From Tubiluchus corallicola (taxonomy: Eukaryota > Animalia > Priapulida), in the NCBI GenBank assembly GCA_030141605.1, contig JAQGDQ010001657.1, positions 1 through 30,783 of the forward strand: a stretch of DNA of 30,783 nucleotides, given 5' to 3'. Under the pieces are notes generated by a model. That model did not search any database, was not told the DNA's origin, and saw only the letters and a program-made list of their open reading frames with translations. The position numbers and the translations under genes were made by a program. Positions 21,775-30,783 of this stretch are shown here, piece by piece. The number at the start of each line of letters is the position of its first letter. Position 1 is the stretch's first letter.

Positions 21775-21841
21775 ATGCGATGCTGATGCGGCAGAACTCC
21801 TCAGAATTGCTGCGGAAGTCAACACAACTATGAAAAGTCCG
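21775..21841 (+). CDS. UBA6: UBA6 exon 12 ([22 protein letters not shown])
   Basis: D..ELL.LA motif. aag acceptor, gtaagt donor, phase 2 to 0. Confidence 0.9.
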
Positions 21842-21859
21842 GTAAGTTTTTCTTTGTTT

Positions 21860-22360
<501 letters not shown>

Positions 22361-22362
<2 letters not shown>

Positions 22363-22580
22363 AAACGACTCGACTCACAGCTGCTGAGAAAACTAAACAC
22401 AAAGGGAAAATACGACCTTAGCACAAACAAAGTACCTGTCAAAAACACGTGTATATATATATATATATGAAACGTATTATATAAAATTTGCTAGAGAAAT
22501 ATACTTCACCTCATATTATATAAACATATGATACTATATTATATTATACTTAGCACAAACAAAGTACTTGTCAAAAACAC

Positions 22581-22622
<42 letters not shown>

Positions 22623-22730
22623 CGTATTATATAAAATTTGCTAGAGAAATATACTTCACCTCATATTATATAAACATATGATACTATATTATATTATACT
22701 TAGCACAAACAAAGTACTTGTCAAAAACAC

Positions 22731-22776
<46 letters not shown>

Positions 22777-22884
22777 CGTATTATATAAAATTTGCTAGAG
22801 AAATATACTTCACCTCATATTATATAAACATATGATACTATATTATATTATACTTAGCACAAACAAAGTACCTGTCAAAAACAC

Positions 22885-22928
<44 letters not shown>

Positions 22929-23080
22929 CGTATTATATAAAATTTGCTAGAGAAATATACTTCACCTCCTATTATATAAACATATGAGACTATATTATAT
23001 TATACTGTATTATGTTATATACTGTATAATTGTGTTATACATGTTATGTAACATATATGAAACATATTATATAAAATAAT
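22361..23080. repeat. Microsatellite-associated repeat with four 132-154-bp tandem units, related to 16957-17770
   Basis: cttagcacaaacaaagtac at 22417, 22549, 22699 and 22853. Unit length varies with the internal (TA)n. Confidence 0.9.
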
Positions 23081-23587
23081 ATTTCACCTCATGCCAAAGA
23101 TATTTTGTCAATATAAATGTATCAGTAAACCAAATTTTTCACTAATTCTTGCTACATATGAAATGAAGTTGTTAAATAGACTCATGTGAACCCAACTTGT
23201 GATAATTTAAATGTTTCTATACGTACTGAAATTTCAACTTGTGATTTGTTGTTTATGGTGTGCACTGCTATTTAGTATTTAAGCATTAAATTGTTTGTGG
23301 TGTGTTAGCAAGTAGCTTAGAAAGTTAATTAATGGCAACCGAACACGGCTATTGCTTACGTCAGAAACTAGCCGCAGTTTGTGCAATAACAGGCATCTTC
23401 CCTCGTGCGTAAAGCACATTTGCGTAAGTGTTACTGTTTAAACACACGATGTCACGAAAATGGGCTCTACATCATATGACGTCAGAAACTAACACTCCAG
23501 TTCATGATCCTGGTTATCATGGCATTTATATTTGGTTAACAAATAAAAATCTTTTCGTACTTTCTGTAAACGCATCTTTTTATTTAG

Positions 23588-23734
23588 CTGGACAAGTTGG
23601 ACCACGACCTAATCACGCAGTTGTCCTACACTGCGCAAGGCTGTTTTGCACCTCTCGCGTGCACTCTCGGAGGTTTCGCCGCCCAGGAGGCGCTGAAGGC
23701 CGTCACGGGAAAATTCACGCCACTGAATCAATGG
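23588..23734 (+). CDS. UBA6: UBA6 exon 13 (LDKLDHDLITQLSYTAQGCFAPLACTLGGFAAQEALKAVTGKFTPLNQW)
   Basis: GG.AAQE.LKA.TGKF.PL.QW motif. ag acceptor, gtaagc donor. Confidence 0.97.
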
Positions 23735-23870
23735 GTAAGCAAGCAACCATGATAGCAAAATCAAAACGAAAGTTTTTTTTGGCTTGTATGGGAGATTCTG
23801 TAGTTGTACGATGGTAATCATAAGATGAATCAAATTTAATTACTCATATTATGATAGAAAAAATGTTTAA

Positions 23871-24330
23871 CCCTTTCAGTCCCAAATTATATTTTTAATA
23901 AGAAAAAATTTTTTGGCTTGGTACTTTTGTTCAGTATGTCCATCTTGTTTACACATAATAATTATTTTTTTCTACCTGTGCCCGCGTGCTAAATATAGCC
24001 TGTATCCCACGGGATACATCGGGATTCAATGGAAGCATAAAATGCGCTTCATTTTGCAACTGTTGATAATTTTTTAAAGTATTTAAGACATTTAGTATGC
24101 ATGCTATGCTGATCTGTACAAAGTCATCTCTAAAGTACTGTACCTTGCGCAGTTTTTTATGCTACGTAGATTTTCTAGTTTGCTATTTTATCACCATTTT
24201 TAGACTATTGTTATTGGCTTAAATCAAAACAACTATTAGCAGATCAAATAACTGTCAGTTTTAAAATTTTATTAATTTTAAAGGCGGAAAATATTCTCGT
24301 ATCCCACGGGATACAACAGGTATGAAAGGG
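23871..24330 (-). mobile_element. piggyBac-like MITE (copy 2, inverted relative to 9776-10232)
   Basis: TTAA|CCCTTTCAGTCCC ... TATGAAAGGG|TTAA. Confidence 0.9.
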
Positions 24331-24471
24331 TTAAAGGAAAACCGGATAATTTTTTAGACGCTACAATCTTGCGATCAATTCGTTCAATCAGCCAGAAAAT
24401 CGGCCAGCGCTGCTAACTCGGCGACTACCTGTATATTGTTATAGTTTCATCTTGCGGTATTTATATTGCAG

Positions 24472-24539
24472 TTATATTTGGATGCGTTCGAGATATCGTC
24501 ACACGTAGCTGACTCACAGTCTGAAGATTTTCAGCCTAG
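24472..24539 (+). CDS. UBA6: UBA6 exon 14 (LYLDAFEISSHVADSQSEDFQPR)
   Basis: Continues WLYLDA. ag acceptor, gttagt donor. Confidence 0.93.
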
Positions 24540-24760
24540 GTTAGTGATGGTTGTCATTAAAGTTGACAAAATTGTAAAATTCCATTTTTCTGCTCAGTCA
24601 TTTACCTTACCGTACAATACGCAAAAGCTCAATTAAATTGTTTTTGTGTTTACGTTGTTGTTTGTATTTGTTTTAAAGTAAAAGCCCAGTCTCGCCAACA
24701 ATAATATCTTACGATGCAGTGGAGAATTGGTTATCTAATAAGATGTTGTTTCTTGTCTAG

Positions 24761-24839
24761 AATGAACCGCTATGATTCGCTGTGCATCTGCCTGGGTAAG
24801 ACGCTCTGTGATAAAATATTTGCCACCAAACTATTCATG
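24761..24839 (+). CDS. UBA6: UBA6 exon 15 (MNRYDSLCICLGKTLCDKIFATKLFM)
   Basis: RYDxL..C.G..LC.K is UBA6-type. ag acceptor, gtaagt donor. Confidence 0.95.
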
Positions 24840-25060
24840 GTAAGTGTGAGAGACTACTACTTCATGATGCCCAAAGTCAAAAAATTCATGTTTGAGTAGC
24901 TTTATTACGTTTTATCTGTAAGAAAAATCATCACAAAATATAACAAACTAATTTGAGCCAAAAAGGAAACAACGAAATTCATAATAAAGTCAGACTGAAT
25001 AATCAAAATAAACTTACGTCATGGCTCTATTACTCTTAACAAATAAATGGTTTAACTGAC

Positions 25061-25061
<1 letters not shown>

Positions 25062-25136
<75 letters not shown>
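25062..25136. repeat. (CAA)n microsatellite
   Basis: Directly visible. Confidence 0.95.
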
Positions 25137-25353
25137 TCTCTTAGCCAAGAACAGACTGCCAACTAGCCAGGTAAACTAGCTCTGTCAGTAGAGCATGACA
25201 GAAAGAAGCCAAGTCAAGACATACATACATGAATGTAGTTAAAAACGAAAGTATAGGGGGATTACAGAATGAGAGAACACTGAAGTAATAAAATAACCTG
25301 AAATCCTTCACAGTAAGGTCTGCTTCTTTTATCTGGTCTTAGCTACTAATTAC

Positions 25354-25720
25354 TAAGGATGAGCGTTCTCTACCAGAAATTGAGTTCGAATCTAATTGAC
25401 GTTGAAAGCTGTTCGAACAAGTCTTCGAACTACCAGTAAAAAGTGGGTCTTACAAAGTTAATACATATTACTTGATTTTGTTCTGCAGTAAAACCTCTAT
25501 TAGTTTATTAAAAATTTTGCACAGAAACTGCAGCTAAATTGCACTATTCGCATGCGCTGTTTCAAACATTTTAATGATAAAGAACGTGTGTGACTGAAGT
25601 GCTGAATTCTATAATTTTAGGTTCGAATCGAATTCGACCAAAAAAAACTCGTTTCAATCGAATTCAAATGTTCGATTTCTATTCGAACTTTCGTACTCGA
25701 GCGTTTGATGCTCACGCCTA
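25354..25720. mobile_element. hAT (Ac-like TAGGGATG terminus) MITE
   Basis: Termini TAAGGATGAGCG / TGCTCACGCCTA. 8-bp TSD ctaattac/ctaattat. Subterminal TTCGAA repeats. Confidence 0.8.
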
Positions 25721-26087
25721 CTAATTATGCGTTATGACTAATTACCTTCGTTTGAGTATTACTTGTTAAGTTTGGATTGAAGCCAGAAAAACTAATTAGA
25801 GTTTTAAAGGACAATTAAACCTGATGGAAGGAAACATTGTCTCTGTACATCGATTTGAACCACGGCAGTGTGTCAGTGACTGAGAAAATATACAAAGCAT
25901 CAGTGACAAAAGCAAGTTTTCCAGTATTCGTCCCAGTTGCGTGAAATTTTATTCAGTGTTACAACATTTTTGAAATAAGTCCCTTCTTTGTGTATTAAAC
26001 ACTAGCCCAGAGATACAACTACTAACCTGTTCCTGGTTATGTTTTAATTTGTGATGACACTGTTAAAGTGTCAGTTAACAATTTTGG

Positions 26088-26484
26088 CAGGGATGAGAAT
26101 TTTCCGCAGATGCGCAGAATTCTGAGTTTCTGGAAGACCAGTAGTGCCATTTTTGTAAATCGCGTAAATTCGTTGAGAAAATTTTTACGGACCCAGTGCA
26201 TTATTTCACAAACTGACCGCTAGTTAGCAGGCCGTCACTTTGTTTACATCATGTACATCAGTGTAACCACGTGTATATCTCTATGTATAAAAATATAGAA
26301 TCAATTGTGCGGAGTTATTTGAGTCAATTGCAGACAGTTTTTATATACTTTTGCATAGGAGCGGCCAGTACTTAGGCGTTTTTGAGACAATTAGGTATCA
26401 TGTATCCTTGATAGTTGGATATTTTAAATTATGCATGAAACAAGGTAATTGATATTTTAAGTCCACTTAGAGGCTCTCTGTGGT
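26088..26484 (+). mobile_element. Family B element, 3'-truncated copy
   Basis: Near-identical to 27382-~27780. Confidence 0.88.
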
Positions 26485-26803
26485 GGGAATGTAAAGGTTT
26501 TGGTTTTGGCCAGTTTTTCAGTTTTGTTACCTGCTAGTCACCCGTCTGTTTTACACACCTGTGCTCTGAACAGTCAGGTTAATCCACTTTATGGGATATG
26601 TGAGACATTTATGTGCTGATTATGTTACAATAAAGCATTCAGTGGTGTTAACTTCTGTTCACAGTGTTTCTGTGATTACAACTTTATTCCCGAAATTACC
26701 TTTAGGAGTACTTTTTGTGCTCAGGTATGAGAAGTCAGGAATTTCCCAGTCCACTTCCATGCACAGTACTTAGGTCTTCTTTATTTTTCAATATTTTATC
26801 GTA

Positions 26804-27248
26804 CAATGGCGGATTTAGGGGGTTGGCCCAAGGAGCCTGGGCCCACCCTTTCATAATAGCAGTTACAGCACGCAAAGTGAATATTTTTTCTGGATTATAA
26901 GCTTTAGAACGTTTGGTGGTGGTTTTTAATGACTCATATCGAGTAAAAAGTTCTGCATTAATGATTTCTGTGTAAAAAATGTTTGTGCCCTTCAAGTGAT
27001 AATTTAAGTTTTTGGCAAAGATGTCGCTGTGAGCAATTATATGCTATACTAGGGTGTATACTAGTGTGTTGGTGTGTAATTAAGAGTCAACAGTTTGAGG
27101 GGACATAATGAGTTTTAAACTATCGAATCTGCTTGAGGAAATAGTAAGAAAAATGCTCTAAAATGCATTGGCAGCCGGGGTCCCCCAAGACCCTCTAGCT
27201 GCTTTTTCGTTGGGCCCGCCCTTTTTCTAAAGCCTGTATCCACCGCTG
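26804..27248. mobile_element. Degenerate hAT (Tip100-like terminus) MITE
   Basis: Termini CAATGGCGGATT / TATCCACCGCTG. GGGCCC subterminal motifs. Possible 5-bp TSD tcgta/ttgta. Confidence 0.65.
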
Positions 27249-27270
27249 TTGTACTTGTTCTTTCTTCAAG

Positions 27271-27342
27271 GTTGGATGTGGAGCAATTGGTTGTGAGATG
27301 CTGAAGAATTTTGCAATGCTGGGATTGGGCACTAAAGGTTTG
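27271..27342 (+). CDS. UBA6: UBA6 exon 16 (VGCGAIGCEMLKNFAMLGLGTKGL), ATP-binding GxGxxG loop
   Basis: GCGAIGCEMLKN is the UBA6 form (UBA1 has GAGAIGCELLKN). ag acceptor, gtaagt donor. Confidence 0.97.
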
Positions 27343-27381
27343 GTAAGTTAAAGCTTGTCATTCTACTCAGATTTTAAGTTT

Positions 27382-27907
27382 CAGGGATGAGAATTTTTCG
27401 TGGATACGCGGAATTCCGAGTTTTTGGAAGACCAGTAGTGCCATTTTTGTAAATCTTGTAAATTCGTTGAGAAAATTTTTACGGAGCCAATACATTATTT
27501 CACAAACTGACCGCTAGTTGGCAGGCCGTCACTTTGTTTACATCATGTACATCAGTGTAACCACGTGTATATCTCTATGTATAAAAATATAGAATCAATT
27601 GTGCAGAGTTATTTGACTCAATTGCAGACAGTTTTTATATACTTTTGCATAGGAGCGGTCAGTACTTAGGCATTTTTGAGACAATTAGGTATCATGTATC
27701 CGTGATAGTTGGATATTTTAAATTATGCATGAAACAAGGCAACTGATAATTTAAGTCCACTTAGAGAAGCTCTCTATGGTCACAAAATTGAAATTTGTTG
27801 CTAGCTGCAAGGGGGCTTTGCCCCTTTGAACCCCCACGGGGGTCTATGCGCCCCCCTAACCCCCGACCTGTTTCAGAGTTTTTTGCAATTTGTCATTCTC
27901 ATCCCTG
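27382..27907 (+). mobile_element. Family B non-autonomous DNA transposon, full copy
   Basis: 13-bp perfect TIR CAGGGATGAGAAT / ATTCTCATCCCTG. Flanking 6-bp direct repeat aagttt. Confidence 0.9.
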
Positions 27908-28063
27908 AAGTTTTACACTTTACACGGCATTTGTGGCAGTCAGCTACTGACATCTTTGCAAGATTTGAACTCGTTTGTAACTGATTAAAAACGCTGTATC
28001 TTTTTTAACCATTCTCCATTTAGCAAACTGCGATTCTATACTCATGCATAAGTACATATAATA

Positions 28064-28543
28064 CAGTCATACCTCCGTTGTCAAACGTCTCCGTACTCGT
28101 ACAAGTCGGTTTTCGACCAGAAAATTCGAGTTGAAATTATTGTCTCCGCTCTCGATGCACGGCGAGCTGAGTAGGGCAGAACATAACCGACCCCGCCCGA
28201 GAGTAATCACGCACAACATTTGAATCGCCCAACAACTTATCCTATGTATGCCATCACACTGCTACCAACACGTAAGGTTTTTCGTGCAGGAATAATTATG
28301 TTTTTCTTTCTAAGTAATTCTATTATGTTTTTCTTATCAATTATATCATATCTACTGTTTGAATAAACATTTTTGCATTATTATATTTCATTTTAGTAAT
28401 ACTTTACAGTTCATTTGGTGCTTGAGAACGGATTATTTGCTTTTGCATTATTTCTTATGAGAATAAATGATTTGGTTCTCAACCAAATCGGTTTTCAAAC
28501 ACTTTTTAGGAATGAATTATGGTCGAAAACAGAGGTACTACTG
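28064..28543. mobile_element. Tc1/mariner (Tigger-like) MITE
   Basis: TA|CAGTCATACCTCCGTTGTC ... GAAAACAGAGGTACTACTG|TA. Imperfect TIR. Confidence 0.8.
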
Positions 28544-28822
28544 TATTAATATTTTAATATAGGAATTCGGTTCATTATTAGAGATTATCTTCCAAAATGA
28601 GGTACTGAAGCTGGCAGAGATATCTTAGCCATTTTTGGGTATGATCTTGTCTGGTTCCGGTCTGATCTGAATTTGGTAAATAACCGGACTGTTTGGTACG
28701 TAGTGACCACTTAGCCATGGATCTTACCTATAACTAAGCTGTTTCCATCAACAATTTCATTTATGTCATTCACGGTATTTGTTGGACATTAAATGGACAG
28801 TCACAATTGTGTTTACCTGTAG

Positions 28823-28900
28823 GTCACTATTACTGACCACGACCTGATCGAGAAGTCCAATCTGAATCGACAATTTCTCTTTCGTTCGGAGCACATACAG
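28823..28900 (+). CDS. UBA6: UBA6 exon 17 (VTITDHDLIEKSNLNRQFLFRSEHIQ)
   Basis: Conserved IEKSNLNRQFLFR adenylation motif. ag acceptor, gtacgg donor. Confidence 0.97.
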
Positions 28901-29269
28901 GTACGGAAACACTTTCTGATCTTTATGCTGTTTTTGCGAATGCTGTATTTTTGGATAAACTTCTTTTGTTTTTTTAACAGGTTTTTTGTTCGTAACTTTT
29001 TTTATTTACTATTTATGCACTTGCAAACCAAAACCGTCCATAAGTCGGCATAGTTAAAACTATGTTATGATGCTTCAAAGTAGAATGCACCAAAAATTTG
29101 GTCAAATGTAAATTTTTCATATTTTAGAAAAGCCAACACTAAATAATTTGGACTTTTGTATTCTAGCAGTAGATTATCAAAAAAGTGTTCAAAACACTAA
29201 AAATTTAATTTTATAACTTCTTACCCACTTTTCTGTCTAAAAACTATTAATTAAACTAAATTAATTGCA

Positions 29270-29440
29270 CAAAATTTTAATTAAACTGCAGCTAAATTGC
29301 TTGCTGTTTCAAATATTTTAATGATAAGGAACGTATGTGGTTGAAGTGCTGAATCATTCGAATCTATAATTTTAGGTTCGAATCGAATTCGAACTAAAAA
29401 ACTCGTTCGAATCGAATTCGAACGTTCGATGCTCGCCCTA
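29270..29440. mobile_element. Partial copy (right end) of the 25354-25720 hAT MITE
   Basis: Shares aaactgcagctaaattgc...ggttcgaatcgaattcga...gatgctcgcccta. Confidence 0.75.
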
Positions 29441-29594
29441 CTGTCATTATAAAATTAATGAAAGTAACAAAATTATTTAAATTAACTGCAAATTAGATAT
29501 TAAATTGGAACAAACAAACAAGATAGCTTTACAAGCTTATATGCCCAACTGACATGATCTTAGAAGATCGTAACCAGTTTTTTTTTCGTTTCAG

Positions 29595-29673
29595 AAATCT
29601 AAAAGCGTTGTATCTGGACTCGCCGCGCAACAGATCAACCCCCAGTTGCAAATCTTAGCTCAACAGCACAAAG
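29595..29673 (+). CDS. UBA6: UBA6 exon 18 (KSKSVVSGLAAQQINPQLQILAQQHK); gene continues beyond window
   Basis: KxKS..A....INP...I.A...KV motif. Acceptor tttcag. Donor AAAG|gtagac is less certain because the next exon is not in the window. Confidence 0.88.
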
Positions 29674-29914
29674 GTAGACAAGTTAGGTCCGCACGTGTTT
29701 TACGTTATCGGTCGACTATTCATTTTGTATCATAAAATCGGCAAAAGATTTCAGGTAGAACAAGATTAGTCGCTGACGAATTCCAGTCAATGATCTTGCA
29801 CCCACGTTGTGTAACCGCCCGCTTTCTGTAGATTTCGTAAAAACTCTTATTTTTTCTCATTTTTTGAGCGGCAGTCTTAGTATTGTTATACGTGAATTCA
29901 TTGCAAGGTTATTA

Positions 29915-30770
29915 CAGTCAACCTCGGGTGTAAGGGACGCCTCCGGACCCGCAAAAATCATCCGCTATATCCGATGTCCCTTATAGTTGAAGTTGAGTCA
30001 GACCGAGGATGTATCTAGACCTGTACTTTTTTGTACTTTTGCACATATTTTTATGGATTATTGCTACACATTCAGTGCAAACGCAAGGCCGTAGTCGGCG
30101 GTCCGGCCGGTCCGGCCATGGCCGGACCACTTTTTCTGCCATACGTGCCTAGACATTCTCAGCCCTGCGTAGAGTAAAAACTTATTTGCGGAGTACGATG
30201 ACTCAAACTAGGCTGAACAATCTCATGACTTTGCATGTACATATGAATAGAACAGACGCTCTCGACCTGAAGGAAATTGCGAACGAGTTTACTGCTAGAA
30301 ATGAGCGGCGCAGATGTGTGTTTGGAAGTTTTAATCAATCATGTCATCATTGAGTATGTGTAGTGCTCTATTATATTATAACTCTGTATTATAAATTATA
30401 ATATACTCTTCTATATGTTGCTGCTGTATTCTTTTTCTACCTGTTCCGTATCTGTGGCCGGACCACTTTTCAAAAGCCGACTACGGCCCTGAAACGGTAT
30501 GTAAGAAGCTGCTTCAGTGATGCGAGATGTATGTGACCGCGGAAACTGAGCTGTTCGAAGGTCGAGTTTGCGAAAAATTTCGCTTTGATCATAGGGTCCC
30601 TTATATGCGAGGTAACTCACCTGGGTTTCTATTACGCGGGACCTGAAGAACATTGTGCCTGATATGCAAGGTAATTTACCTGGGTTTCTATTACGCAGGA
30701 CCTGAAGAATATCGTCCCTTATATGTGAGGTAATTTACCTGGGTTTCTATTACGCGGGAGTTTGCGAAAA
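29915..30770. mobile_element. Probable Tigger-like MITE interrupted by a hAT element; right end uncertain
   Basis: Left end TA|CAGTCAACCTCGGGTGTAAGGGAC. Three ~59-bp tandem units (~30596-30760) contain GTCCCTTATATGCGAGGT, similar to the inverted terminus. Confidence 0.55.
30084..30491 (+). mobile_element. Internally deleted hAT transposon with C-terminal dimerisation-domain remnant
   Basis: TIRs CAAGGCCGTAGTCGGC / GCCGACTACGGCCCTG. 30156-30353 reads FSALRRVKTYLRSTMTQTRLNNLMTLHVH...LKEIANEF...RR..FG. 5-bp flanking repeat aaacg. Confidence 0.9.
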
Positions 30771-30783
30771 ATTGAGGTTAAAA

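Noticed and set aside
29755-29831. Possible next UBA6 exon after tttcag at ~29754
   Set aside because: The frames checked give no match to the expected V.P.TE..Y.D.F...D....ALDN motif and reach stops.

Overview
AT-rich, intron-rich animal genomic DNA. The 5S-like sequence and transposon content suggest an invertebrate, possibly a lophotrochozoan (inference only). The main feature is the 5' half of a + strand UBA6 (ubiquitin-activating enzyme E1-like 2) gene: 18 coding exons from ATG 5569 to 29673, 1537 nt (512 codons), all phase-consistent. It includes a 29-nt microexon with a GC splice donor and continues beyond the window. A second, unidentified Lys-rich spliced gene runs divergently on the - strand (exons 3117-2622 and 957-911). 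The introns are dense with non-autonomous DNA transposons (hAT with 8-, 6- and 5-bp TSDs, piggyBac-like, Tc1/mariner-pogo-like, Harbinger-like, one foldback-like), LINE fragments, and mini/microsatellites. The most unusual items are (1) a 5S rRNA-headed, bipartite RTE-derived SINE inside an apparently chimeric retro-insertion, and (2) an inverted piggyBac-MITE pair lying about 100-140 nt outside exons 4 and 13, which enclose an in-frame 999-nt exon block (circRNA-type geometry). Most ORFs in the supplied track are repeat artefacts. All family assignments come from recalled motifs, not database searches.
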